A stretch of DNA of 64,000 nucleotides, taken from contig CM022679.1 in assembly GCA_012295275.1 (NCBI GenBank), positions 9,300,001-9,364,000 of the forward strand. Direction: 5' to 3'. The notes under the pieces were generated by a model. It searched no databases. It was not told where the DNA came from and saw nothing but the letters and a program-made list of their open reading frames with translations. This document shows positions 36,418-48,960 of the stretch, in pieces (positions within the stretch are counted from its first letter, which is position 1; every line of letters begins with the position of its first letter). A program made the translations under genes and the position numbers. This DNA comes from Chrysomallon squamiferum. Its lineage: Eukaryota; Animalia; Mollusca.

Positions 36418-38303
36418 TCAGTATAGAATTTGTTCATTTTTTATGTTAGGAGTGAAGGTGTAATTTCTAGAAGATGCACTGATGGCCTTGTTGGACAGGA
36501 CCAACTCCAGTTCCTGCATGTTGATCAATCGTTTTACATCTTTATCTTTTCGGACGATTGTATCTGGAAGTTTACGAATTTTGCAAACCAGTTTTTTGTC
36601 TACAAGTAGTTCTGAACACAGCAGACTGAAAAGGGCATCAAATGTCAAGTTGTCTCTGTTCAGTTCAACTTCAATGAAGTCTTTCTCGTCTGAATTTGCA
36701 ATTCTTGCTTTGAATACAATCTCTGGAAAAAATAATAAAAATGATTTTTTTATTAAAGTTTACTTTTTAATTTGTGTGCCCAACATGACTTTTTATGTGA
36801 ATTGTCAAAAAAATCGTGAAATTCTTTCATAGTAGCCACAAAATTTTAATATCAGAATTTGTTTTTAACCTAGTCTCTGGATATAAAGATAATTCATCTT
36901 TTTTTCCATCCTAGTCAAAAGGTGTCTGGTTTATGAAAAAAATCATTTCTGGTTTACTCACCATTTTCTGGTATGCTACTTGTCGGTAGGTGGGGGTGCT
37001 AGTTTTTACTAGTGGAGGGGTGCAACTTGTCTGGGTGCTCTCAAATCGCTGTGAGTTCAGTCCATTCTGACTGAGGTATGGAAAAGATGGGTGAGCCAGA
37101 TAGCTGGCAGTTATTGGTAATTTGCTGTCTTTCCTTTGTACATTTTCTAATTCTGAAATGAAAAATAGATCAGTAATAAACAACTTTTACATGTCAGGCA
37201 AGCAGATACGGCTATTTTATTTTTTTAATGTTCCATATGCAAACAATATGGTGAAATGTGTAGTTCAATGAAATCTCTTAGGAGGGTGAATCCTTACATC
37301 TCACCAAAGTGCTCTACAAATGAGCAACAAATGGTCCGACATTTTATACAAGGAAAAACATTTCTTTCTTGAATAAAATACTCCTGTGTTGTGAAAAGTA
37401 AGTCTTTAAATAATATACAAGATGTAAGGCACCAACTGAAACAGAAACATGGATTCTCTGAATGAGCAACTGTTAGCTTTTGTATAAAATACATACATCT
37501 ACTACAAAAATTAAGTTAAATTTTGTGACAAAGATAAACATAAAAAAGGACTTGTGAGACTTTTTTAGTTGTACCTGCACCTAAAATCTTGAGAATTTCA
37601 CTGTTGCTAGTGAGCTGAGATGCTTGACAATTATCTTTGTTCAGTATTGTTTTATCTGCACCATGCTCAAGCAGGTACGAAACCACAGCAACATGATTTC
37701 GTTTTGCTCCCCAGTGCAAAGCTGTCCTGAAAAACCAACAGATATAGATTTAAAAACAAAAAATACACACACATCCGTTACATGTCTATTAATTTTATGA
37801 ATACTGCTTGTTACACTAGACTGTGAAATAGCTAGCATTTTAATTAAATTTACTTCATAAATAATTCAATAAATGCAATATAATGGCAACTGTCAACAAA
37901 TTGTTGACGTGTGATAATGCTTATTTGAGACTGTTTTGATTAATTTTAGTTTTTTTAATTATTGTAAGAACAGTTAAATTTACAAACAACAATCATTACA
38001 ATCGTAACAATGATCACCGTCATTGTCATTCCAGTTTTTTATAGTTAAGTACACCAACTATTATCTTTCCAATATCACGCTCAAATATTCCTTTCTTATT
38101 GCCAAGTTCCATAATGTTTCTATCTGTTATATAAACTTGTACAATTTATTTATTTATATAAAGAATATTTCTAACCATCCATTGATTCTATTTTGTGAAT
38201 TAACATTAACATTTTTCACTTCTGTCAAATTTGTTAAGGCTTCCATATCGCCAACACATGCTGCTTCTCGCAATTGCTCTTCTAAATCTTGGGCTGTGTC
38301 CAT
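36418..38303 (-). CDS. ANKRD40: Ankyrin repeat domain-containing protein 40; probable 1-nt frameshift near 36992-36996
   Basis: Exons 38176-38303, 37575-37726, 36962-37152, 36418-36722. EQLREAACVGD..VNSQNRINGWTALHWGAKRNHVAVVSYLLEHGADK, YLAHPSFPY, and C-terminal domain EIVFKARI..DFIEVEL..KIRKLPDTIVRKDKDVKRL..ELELVL. Confidence 0.9.
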
Positions 38304-39075
38304 TTTGAAACAAAAATAATAAATTAATATATAAAAAGAAAGTTTATTTAATAACTAAACACGTCAGCACGAACACATTTCTTTTCAAACGGATGTACTA
38401 ATTACCGATAAAATCCGATAAAAACCGTCAAATACCGAAAACAAGCACCAACTCCGTAAGAGGTAACACAGATATCGAACCATTTATCCGGCAAATTTGT
38501 TAATAAATCATTACTTAAAATATAAAACAAACACTGAAAAACAGTATTTAACACATACAAAATAATACACTTCTAAAGCAGTGTCTGTTTTATCTTTATT
38601 CATTCATTTAAGATTATGGAAATAAAATGTAAAATGCGATTTTAACTAGTAAATCGCGTTTCTGCTAGTCAGAGGGATTCCCCAGACGTCCGTTACAAAA
38701 ATAAAAAAATAAATAAAAAATAAATAAATAAATAAAAAATAAATAAAAATAAAATAAATAATAAAAAATAAAAAATAATAAAATGAAAAATAAAAATCGA
38801 CTATACAGAATGCTTAAACAAGAGAATGTTAAGAGTTTACAGATATGTATATATTTTCCTTGATATTTAAAAAAAAAATGTTTTGGTTATTAGTGCATAA
38901 AATAATATATCAATATATTCATTAATTAATCAATAATCAATTCATTCATTCATCCATTTATTATTTGATATTATTTTGTACATACGGAAAACGCAGGATG
39001 ATTTTCACCACGTTCTTTCTTAATTAAAATCTGTAAATTCCGCTCTTTGCTATTGTTCAACATCCAAATCTTTGA

Positions 39076-39077
<2 letters not shown>

Positions 39078-39123
<46 letters not shown>
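39078..39123. repeat. (GT)n microsatellite
   Basis: Pure GT run. Confidence 0.95.
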
Positions 39124-39125
<2 letters not shown>

Positions 39126-39193
39126 ATATATATATTGCTTTTAGTCTTTTTTATTATTATTGTTTGTTTATTTAATTTATTTTTTATTATATA

Positions 39194-41613
39194 CGGTAAG
39201 GTGGGTTAATTCTGGCCCCTAAGGTATATTATGACTTACAGCCACTATACTGTTCTGTGCTGACTTCTGGAACTTTCTTGATATAAACAGAACCTTCCTA
39301 TTTCTCATTAGAATAAAGGATGTAGGTAATCAGCCATTTACACATGGAGTATAGTGGCCATGAAAGTAGCGATAACAATAAGGTTGTAAAAAAAAGTGCT
39401 TTTTGAGGTTTCAAAATTGTATGTTATTTTTTCAGTCCTATAGACATAAGGTTAGTGATAACTTATAACAGGTAAACATATAATCAATTATTAAAGTCAG
39501 CAGAAGGAACTTGATTAATATGTGGTAATTACGAAAGGAGTGTATGTTTTATTTTACTCCAACACTTGGGACAATTCTGGCCTTCATGCATGGGGTAAAT
39601 CTGATCCCTATATGTGGTGGTGAAATCAATAGTTTTGGCATTGATACAGTCCATTCTGAATTTTATTTAATTTTTTTTTTTTTTACACAATTGAAAGTCC
39701 ACGGTCCATCTGTTGGGACACGTTGTCAAATTTCAAATAAAATCAAGAGGATGAGGTATGTCGAGGCACTGACAGAAGAAGAAAGTCTCAAGAGGCATGA
39801 CGAGGAGTTGGCAGAGAAGAAGAGGAAGGAGGAAAAAAGGCAGAGAGAGCAAAGGTGAGAGAGGTAAAATAAACAAAAAAACAAAACAAAAGAAGATACC
39901 GAAGGCAACATGGCAGCTCAATTTGAATGTCACAGCAGAACCGGTGGATGCAGTCAAAGAAAACGTTGATGGTCACGAGCCTGAACTAGAAAACAGAGAT
40001 GTAGTAGATACACAAGAAAATGTGAACTCTGTGGCAGAGTTGATGATGGCATGAATTATGACGAGTTCATAGGATGTGATGGGTGCCCAAATTGATATTG
40101 TCTTTATCAGTGGTTCTCAAACTTTTTGAAGTCGGGGCACACGTGAAGCCTTACGCGGGCACACTACACACACAATGCCAAGAAATATAATGTAAAATGT
40201 AAAAAAAAAATACAGAAATAACTGAAAGAAGGGTATATACCTTTTATTCATCATCCATTTTGTGCTGATGAGAAGTATGAGCCTGACGTGTCTTGGCAAT
40301 TTTTTCAACGTTGGGGTGTATGTATGATAAGCAAACTCTCATTTCCTTGTCAACAGACTGAAGATTTGTTCTTTTTTTTTGCACTTAATGTTGATGAGAG
40401 TGGAAATCCTAATTCGCATAAATATAATGTTGAAAAGCTTTTTTGGACATTGACTGGTATTCTTCTCTGATTGAAATCCAACACTTTTCAAGACTAGATT
40501 CCTTATATTTAATCTTCAATACACCATCGGTGGATACAGTTGCAAAAAAAAAAAAAGTTTTTCTTCTTCGGTTAATGTTAAACTAGCATCATCTGAAATT
40601 TCTATGAATGGATTTCGTATCCAAGCGTACTGTTCAGTGTTAAGAGATGGAAAATAATAATTTAATTTATCTTCCAAATTTGTCAAATGTTCAAGTATTA
40701 AGGGGAAGATATCATTTATTTGTCAAAGGAAACATTTCCAAATTACCTTCAGAAGCTCTTCTCTTCCAGATTAGTATTTTTTTTAAATGCTTTCATTTTA
40801 TCAGTAGATGTCAAAATATTTTCTTCATTTCCTTGCATGCTAGCATTCAAAAAATTGAGGTGCTGAAATATATCAGCCAAATACGCTAATCTGCTAATCC
40901 AAAATTCACATCGAAGAGGCTCACAAAAATAGTTTTGCTTCATTTCTTCAAAAAACTTTCAGTAGGTCTTATCGTAGCTCATATACACGATTTCTTGCTG
41001 GATATCTTTCCGCTCTTAACATAATAATAACGATTTGCCGTAAAGAACATTTTAGTGCTGAAGTGTGGATACCGTATACTATAAAATTTTTTTTTTTTTT
41101 TTTTTTTTCATCACAAATATAGGCCTAGATCCTAGAATTTCGAGGGGCACACCTAAGCATGTCTCAATCTTTGGTCTTTATGTTTGCACAAACCTCGAAA
41201 TCCCAGCTGGTACTGAATTAAAATATTTTGTATTCTTGTCTGATAGTTGTCAAGGAGTTTAGTTTATTGAACTTTTGAATCTGACTTATATTATGATTAG
41301 TACTAATTATCATTAGCAGTTGACAATGATTACATAGCAATAATCAGTACAACAAATTTGAGGAACAAAGTACATCATGAATGTGGAGGCCAGATTTACC
41401 CCATGTAAATGGAGCAAAACTGGCCCCTGGCAACAATTTTTAACCTGGTTCCCCATTTCAAATGTATACACACTATGCATGTAGTGTTTATGTATTTTGA
41501 AGCAGAAATAGATATGCTACACATTATTCACTCCATTTTGTTGTTTCCTTTTGTCTGTGAAGCTGTAGATGAGGTTGAATGGAAAAGGGGGCTTGAATGA
41601 CCCCACCTTACCC
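39194..41613 (+). mobile_element. Deleted pogo/Tc1-mariner-type DNA transposon with C-terminal transposase remnant (acidic/basic coil plus PHD-like finger)
   Basis: TA-flanked TIRs CGGTAAGGTGGGTTAATTCTGGCCCC (39194) and GGGGCTTGAATGACCCCACCTTACCC (to 41613). Subterminal GGGNNAAWYTGGCCC-like repeats at ~39568, 39592, 41384, 41411. Decayed ORF ..EALTEEESLKRHDEELAEKKRKEEKRQREQR..IGCDGCPN*YC. Confidence 0.75.
40108..41173 (-). mobile_element. hAT (Charlie/Buster-type) transposon remnant inserted into the pogo-like element
   Basis: TIR CAGTGGTTCTCAAACTTT at 40108. Identical 8-bp TSD GTCTTTAT at 40100-40107 and 41174-41181. Transposase fragment EFWISRLAYLADIFQHLNFLNASMQGNEENILTSTDKMKAF (40749-40943, minus), frameshifted and internally deleted. 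Confidence 0.85.
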
Positions 41614-41778
41614 TATATATAAAAGAGACAGGAATATCTGGAAAGATAATATCTAAGTTCATTTATTAAACTTCGATGATTATATATACATTATCAATAA
41701 TTATGGCAAAAGGACTTTAACTTAATGTTCCTTATAAATTATTAAAAGAATTGTCTTCTTTATATAAGCTCAATTTTT

Positions 41779-42732
41779 CTAAGTTAAATTATTGTTTTCT
41801 TTCGTCTGTTTCCGAAAGCTTTCCAAAATTATTTCCATCGGGTCCATGTCTTTTGGATAGACATTATCTTCTTTTACTTTAGGTTCTTCTTTCAGTCCAC
41901 CTTCATCTTCTTTGTTCAGTTCATCTTTAGTTTCTTTGTCCATTTTATCTTTGGCTTCTTCGTTCAATCGATTTCCAGTTTCGTCGTTCACTTCATCTTC
42001 AGTTTCTTCGTTCTGTTTCTCTTCATCCTCTCCGCTCGATCCTTCTTCAGCTTCTTCGTTCAGTTTACCTTCTGAACGATCTTCTTCTCCATTTGCTTTA
42101 TTATTATTCAACGAATGTTTATTTTTATACGGTTTGTTTCGCTTATGATAAGAACGAAACTTTTCTGTGCCACCATCAATTCTGCTTAATTCATCGGTGA
42201 GAGCTAGAAGTAAGTCAGCGCTAGGCCTGACTTGCCAGTCATCGTTAAAATTCGGTATTTTGTCCGAAAGCAAAGCTTTATCCGGTTCGCTAGATTCCAA
42301 GCTTTGAGATAAGTTCTAAAGGTAAATAGACCATTTAAACTCAGTAAATATTTTAAATAATACATAATTTTCGTTTAAAAACAAGATTTAGGTTTTGAAT
42401 AACTATTCACTAACATTAAGGTGTTTCTGAAAATTGCTTGTAAATCGATAATCAGCAATAGTCTGTTGTTTAATACAAAATTAATTAAGTTTTGATTATA
42501 TTTTCCTGCTTCTGGAATAAATATTACAAATGTTACTTAATTTATTTTTTATTTTTTAAAAGTGTTTCAGTGTCTAGAAATTACGTAATTTCAGTAGGTC
42601 ATATCCAAAGTCATTAAACTATTAGTTCAAATTACTTTTAACATTTTGAAAATGCCATACCTTATAAATAGGAAAACTCCAGCTAGGATTAAGAACAAAT
42701 GCTGCTGTGAGTAATATAATTATCTCCATCAT
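41779..42732 (-). CDS. Uncharacterised secreted acidic protein / putative prohormone- or granin-like precursor, ~202 aa
   Basis: Coding exons 42661-42732 (MMEIIILLTAAFVLNPSWSFPIYK, signal peptide; donor AAG|GTATGG) and 41779-42315 (phase 0, open to TAG). Probable non-coding exon ending 43045 (AAG|GTAACG). AATAAA at 41662-41667. Confidence 0.75.
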
Positions 42733-43068
42733 TCGATAATCTGAGAGAGAAAAAAAGATGCTAATACAGTCAAGGATTTGTATATTAAATGTAAATAAAC
42801 GATGCTATTTCTTTAGCTTATTTTGTTTTTATGTTTCTTTTTTCTTTTTTTTTTTCTCCCCCCCCTTATATCTCTAGGCATGAAAACAATTATTGCTGAG
42901 AATAATACTTATATATATTATGATAACGTTTTTATCATACGTATGTGAAACTGTACTAAAAATCGATATTAAAATCAGATTAACTACACAGACATAATAA
43001 AACATTTAAACCGCAAATACAGTAACTGAAGATGAAAGCGTTACCTTTAAGTTACCCTAACCATCTAC

Positions 43069-43116
43069 AACTGATGGTTGTTATATCAATAGTACTATGA
43101 CGTCATCACGACGTAA
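43069..43116 (-). promoter_or_regulatory. Putative core promoter of the secreted-protein gene: Inr plus full CRE and a second ACGT half-site
   Basis: ATGACGTCAT palindrome at 43097-43106, GACGTAA at 43110-43116, and Inr-like TCAGTT on the minus strand at 43074-43069, just upstream of the 43045 donor. Confidence 0.5.
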
Positions 43117-44396
43117 GTATATAGTATTTTACATAAATATATATATACACACACACATATACATATATAATTTATTTAATTTAAACTTTAGCATGGAAGG
43201 TTTAACGTTAACATATTACCACAACAGTGAAAAAGTATTCAGTTTTCTTTAAATACAATGTTTTGATATTAATAAACAAAAACAAACAAACACACAATAA
43301 ATAAATAAATAAATAAATAAATAAAATAATAAATAAATAAATAAAATATTAAATAAATAAAATAAAATAAAATAATAAAAACATAACACAAAAAACACGT
43401 TAAAATATAATTATTATAGGTTTATAAATTCGCGGAACAAAAAAAAAAAAAAAAAAAGAAGAAGAAATTCGATCTTCTCCATAAACAATGAAGGAAAAAA
43501 AAAAATAATAATAATAATAATAACGGCTTAAGCGATATTACTTCAGACTGTTTCAGATTTGTCCTGTTACAAAGAGTCGAAAGCAGGAATTTTAATGAGA
43601 ACAACCACTTATAGTTATTTCTTCCAGACCTTTTGATCATGTTAAAAACTCGTTTTACAACTGTTGCGTTCATTAGTTATTTTGCATTTCATGACAGTTC
43701 AGACATGCTTGTACAACATATCAAAAACGTGTTTTATAACAGAATACTCTGATGTTACTTGGAAGCGGATTTAAAATATTTAAATAATCGTAATATGACC
43801 AAAAGATAACATTTTCCCTATGTCACATATTACTGATTAATATATAAAATATTTATAGTAAATGAACTAAAACAATAACTGATATAAAGATAAGTCACGT
43901 CAAACGTTAATTATTGTTATGACGGGTTCGCTTTCCACATAACATGTTAACACTGTTATCTGATAAATATTAGAATATTCATTGTCGGAAGACGAAGGCT
44001 GTAGTTCCCAGAAAATGAAACCACCAGAGAGAAATTGTTCGTTCCACCGTCCATAAAATGCGAACATTTTGATGCCAATCTGCCAAAATGTTTCTGAAAC
44101 TATTTGTTAGAACAGCAGTGTTATTTTGCTAGTGAAAATGGATGATACATTGAACATAGCCCTAAATAATATTGGGAAGAAGCTGTGAACTCTGAAATTT
44201 CTTACTAAGGTTTAAACAAAGTATTATTAATAAACTTAATGAATATATTGACGTTGAAGTAAACTTAATTTTAATATTTCTTTGAACAGATAACAAACAA
44301 CCAGATATATCTATCCGTCAAAAATATTCACGTTTATGCTTGAACCACTGTGGGTGCTGCTAGATTACTGTGGAAATTAAAGACAAAATATTAGCA

Positions 44397-47300
44397 ATGG
44401 CAGCGTCGGTGGGAAAATGTGCGAGAATTAAACTCTTCTTCAAACATTGCACTATTGAGCCTTCATGGCTCTTAATAAAAACAAAGCAGTTTCCTCTAGT
44501 AGAAGATATTGAAAAACATATTTTAACTAAGTTTAATTTACCATTTTCGGGCATTAAATTATTGTCGGACGGATGCATTCTTCCTTCGTGGGAGAGCACA
44601 GAATTGCTGCAGGACAACGATGCTGTAGATGTTGTTATGTACGATTAAATTATTGAAATTATTTTATCAATGAAAGAATAATATTTATATTATATTTTTG
44701 ACAAATCTGGACATGAATTAATCCAAGTTAATAACAATATATTATTTAAACGTACAAACAGTCAAACACGTACATACTATATTATGTATATTATTATATA
44801 TATATTATTTATTTTATTATTATTATAATTTTATATGATATTAATATTATTATAGTATATGAATCACTGACTGTAAACAATTGTTGTTTGGACGTAGAAA
44901 AGTAATAGTTCTTAAATACTTCTTTCTATGTCATTATGTTTCAGATTTTAATAGACGTTGAAATTGATAAAATGACACATAATGAAGTTGTACATAAAAA
45001 GCTTTCTGATATTAAAGAAGTTGTTCAATTTTTTTATTTATTTATTTATTTATTTTTATTATTTTAGCAAAAAGAATATGGACACATACAGTCATACAAT
45101 AGAGGAACCGCAACATAAGAAAAAGAAACATAAAATAAACAAGGATGAAAATACTAAGAAAGATCCAGGAGTTGATGAATCTCTTTCAAAAAGAAACTCT
45201 ATTGCAGAAGTTACAAATAAAATGGATTGTTCTGATCCCAGTGAAAAAGGTTCAGCAGAATCTACTTGTGTAAAGAAAAGAAAAAGAAAACATAAGAAAG
45301 AAAATGGCAATATTGAACAGAAAGCCACTGACTCTTGTAGCGAAAACATTGAAAAATCAGAGAACAACATATCACAAAAAAAGCGTAAGAAAAAACAAAG
45401 TGATATTGATGAAGTTGTGGATTCAGTCATTCAGGATCTAAATCACATGGGTAGCAGTAAGGTCTTAGAAACAGTTCCTAAAAGTATTAATAATGGTGTG
45501 AAAAATGTCACGAGTTTGTTGCCAGAGTCCACAACAAAAGATGCCTCTGATAATGTGAGTCATTCTCAGACTTCTTCACTAAATGTTTCAAACTGCGTAA
45601 ATAATGTGCCATTAGGAGATTCAGAGATCAAAAAGAAAAGAACAAGAGTAAGAAAGAGGAAAAGGAAAACATCACCATCACAAGTGAACTCTCCCAGCCT
45701 TACTGTAAGTGAAAAACCTGCAGAGATGGACGGGTCAGCCAGTAAGGATATCAAGCTCAACTTACCAAGGTCAAAACAACCAAATAATAAACGAATCACA
45801 TTCAATGATTCTTCCGAATCACAAGAAGAAGAGGAAGAAATCAACGTTTCTAGTAAACCTGAATATATTTCACCATCAAAGGATATTTCAAAGATCCCTA
45901 GTGCAAGGCAGAATATTGATACAGGAATCACTGAAAATGAATTTTCCTATGATAATTCTGTGGTAAAAGTGAGAACACCCAAAATTCTAAATAATGTAGA
46001 GTCAGTCCAAATTTAACTAACTCCACCAAAGTTTACACCAGGCAGAAACCTTGTTACATGAACACAGAGGAACATCTTGTTACAGTACCAGTTGTTTCTA
46101 AGGTTTAAATTTTTATTTTTTTTTTCACTCTATCTTGTTGTTAGAAAATAGTAGAGGCATCAATTCAATAATGGAGAAAGAATGTATATTTTTACATAAC
46201 TCAGCTTAGTATAACAGAAGTAGTAATTATGTCACGTCAGTTTTTTCATATTTTTAAATCAGTTTTCATTAGTTTTTTTATGTATTTATTAATCTGTCCT
46301 TTGTTTGCATATTTTAGACCATTTTATTTTAAACAGCACATAATAATTTTTATGTTTACATAATAAAAGATTATGATGAGTTCAGGTGTAAACTTGTATT
46401 TCTTTTTCTGATGTCATTAACTAGACATCTTTAGACTGGCAAACCTCAAAAGCAAAACATTTGAACAGCACCATTTTCATTTATCTGTAATCATTATTTT
46501 TAAAAGATGTATTATCTTTGAAAAGTTTTTATATTTATATTTATGTTTACATAATAAAAGATTATGATGAGTTCAGGTGTAAAACTTGTATTTCTTTTTC
46601 TGATGTCATAACTACACATCTTTAGACTGGCAAACCTCAAAAGCAAAACATTTGAACAGCACCATTTTCATTTATCTGTAATCATTATTTTTAAAAGATG
46701 TATTATCTTTGAAAAGTTTTTATATTTATTTAATGATTCAATTGATGTGGGTTTTATATTGGATAATGATTATTATTATTAAATATTTAATATTGGGGTA
46801 TATGTAAAATTGAGTTTTATTGTTCTTACATTTTAACTTTTTACACTATTTATTTCAGGAAACTCCAAAAGTAAATTGCACAGAAATGGACACATCTGTA
46901 TACAACGAAAATGTGAATGGAAATTTTACAAATAAAGAAGAAACAGTTGTAATTCCCAAAGATTATTCCAAATTTCCTGCATTGCATGGACCACCAAGAA
47001 TAGGAGACAAAATTGCATTTAAGGTGAATTGTATTTTAATATGCTTTGTATATATATATATATATGGATGAGATTGAAAGAGCCTGTGTGTGTGTGTGCT
47101 TGAATGTGATATAGTGATTAATTATCAGATAACTCTTTCAAATGAACTGATCATATTCACTGGGCAGTCTTGTGTATGATAATATCACCTCATCTTATCA
47201 AATTATGCCAGGTTGAATGGATCTAGTTGTACATCCTGTGATATGAATTAACTGAAGATTAAAAAGGAAAATCCATTGAGTATTGAACAAAAATTAATGC

Positions 47301-48960
47301 TGTTGTTCATATATGTATAAATATATATATATAGACACACACTCACACAAAACAATTAGCTGATTGTAGCTTTCACTAGCAATTCAGTGAGATTTGATGA
47401 ACATGATAATGTAATAATGCTCAATACACAAAATATTCTTTGCTACATAACTTTCTCATTTCTTTTCATAACAGGATATTTTAAAAAAGAAAACAAAATT
47501 TCTTCTAAACCTTTTTATTTATTTATTTCTAATTATTATTTTTGAAGTTTTATTATTAGTAAACTATATTTTTTATTTATTTATTTATTTATTTTTAATA
47601 ACAGGTACTGGAATTATCTGAAACATATGAACCTGGACTATCTGATTTCAAGGTGAGAGTTGTTACTCTAGTGTTAACATTACATGAAATTTTAATTAAT
47701 AAATATATTATGTTACTTTATTATGTCATCTAATATGATATTTTAAAAATTGTAATTGTTTACCTCTGTTGAAATTCTAATTTTTATTTTTTTATTATAT
47801 CTGAGGAAATCATTTAATATTTATTCTCCCCATTTAAATTATATCTTGTTTTAGAAACTTTGTATTCATGTCAAACTATATATAAAGATGTCACATTTAT
47901 TCCATTTCTTTTTCCCAGATGAGTTTTATATCTACAATATCAGTTATGTTCAAATCTAACTGAACGTTTTAATTTTTATATCAGGAAGCTGAAGTACTGA
48001 ATTATGATCCAGCCAGCACAACAGTCACATTAAAAATACTCAACCAGCCTGGTAAAGAAACACATTAGTAGTCCAATTATTTATTCTTAAAATTACAAAA
48101 ATATAATTTTATTATTTTTACAATAATAATAATAATTATTATTTATTTTTAATATTATTATTATTATTATTATTTATTTTTCATATAGTGGATACTGCTG
48201 CTGGTGTTAATATAAAATTTAAAAAATAATAGTAATAATTTTTTGATACATGGATACATTCAGTTAACTGGGGTAATGATGTTCACATACTAATTTTAAA
48301 TATATAAAGATATTAAAATTATTTTTTTTTATATATTATTATTATTATTATTTTAATTTATTGATGGAACTGGTTCAAAAACATTGGAAAAACATAATTT
48401 ATCTAATTGTTATTTGTTTTTACTGCATACTAATTTCACTCATGTTAATCATATGGAATTTAAAATTAAACATATTTTTAAAAATGAAAATAAATTAATC
48501 AAAATTTAAAAAAAAAAAACAAAAAAAAACACAACATTATACGTTTTCTGCTTGCTTCTCCATTATTATTTTAAACTTTTTCTCTGTTGCAGCCACTCCG
48601 AAGGTGCCTGGTAAATTTGACATAATAGATGAAGACTGTGAGGATGTCTGGCAAGATGAAGTGGTAATATGTTTGGTTCAGCAAATATATAAAAAGATCA
48701 TTTTAAATAATACATTTTTATATTTCATGGGGCATTCTGCTTTTTGTCAAAATAAATACAAATGAATTAAGACTAAGTACAGATTTTTAAAAATATGTAA
48801 AATTAATAAATGTTATTATGCATGAAATACAAAATTCCAGTTTTATATTTTAAAGTCTTTGTTAGCTTATTTCATTTTAATTTTAGTGATATTTTTAATT
48901 TTGTTTTCAATATTTCAGATGCACGAATGGACTTCACTGGTTGAGCCTAAGCTATTGTAA
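44397..48960 (+). CDS. COIL: Coilin (Cajal body scaffold); probable 1-nt frameshift near 46008-46014
   Basis: Exons 44397-44638, 45068-46102, 46859-47023, 47605-47652, 47985-48051, 48593-48663, 48919-48960. N-terminal domain MAAS..RIKLFF..SWLLI..GCILPSWESTELLQDNDAVDV, basic NLS clusters, Tudor-like C-terminus KDYSKFPALHGPPRIGDKIAFKVLELSETYEPGLSDFKEAEVLNYDP..PGKFDII..WTSLVEPKLL*. Confidence 0.9.
46349..46728. repeat. Near-perfect tandem duplication, ~191-bp unit x2, in coilin intron 2
   Basis: Unit starts TTTATGTTTACATAATAAAAGATTATGATGAGTTCAGG at 46349 and 46540; the copies differ by only a few substitutions/indels. Confidence 0.9.

Noticed and set aside
46373-46421. C/D-like boxes in the coilin intron duplication
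   Set aside because: Too short, no terminal stem, and no internal C'/D' pair.
28948-48960. Calling CANT1, ANKRD40 and coilin pseudogenes
   Set aside because: Each has a single 1-nt indel in a homopolymer with otherwise intact exons and splice sites; the pattern fits sequencing error.
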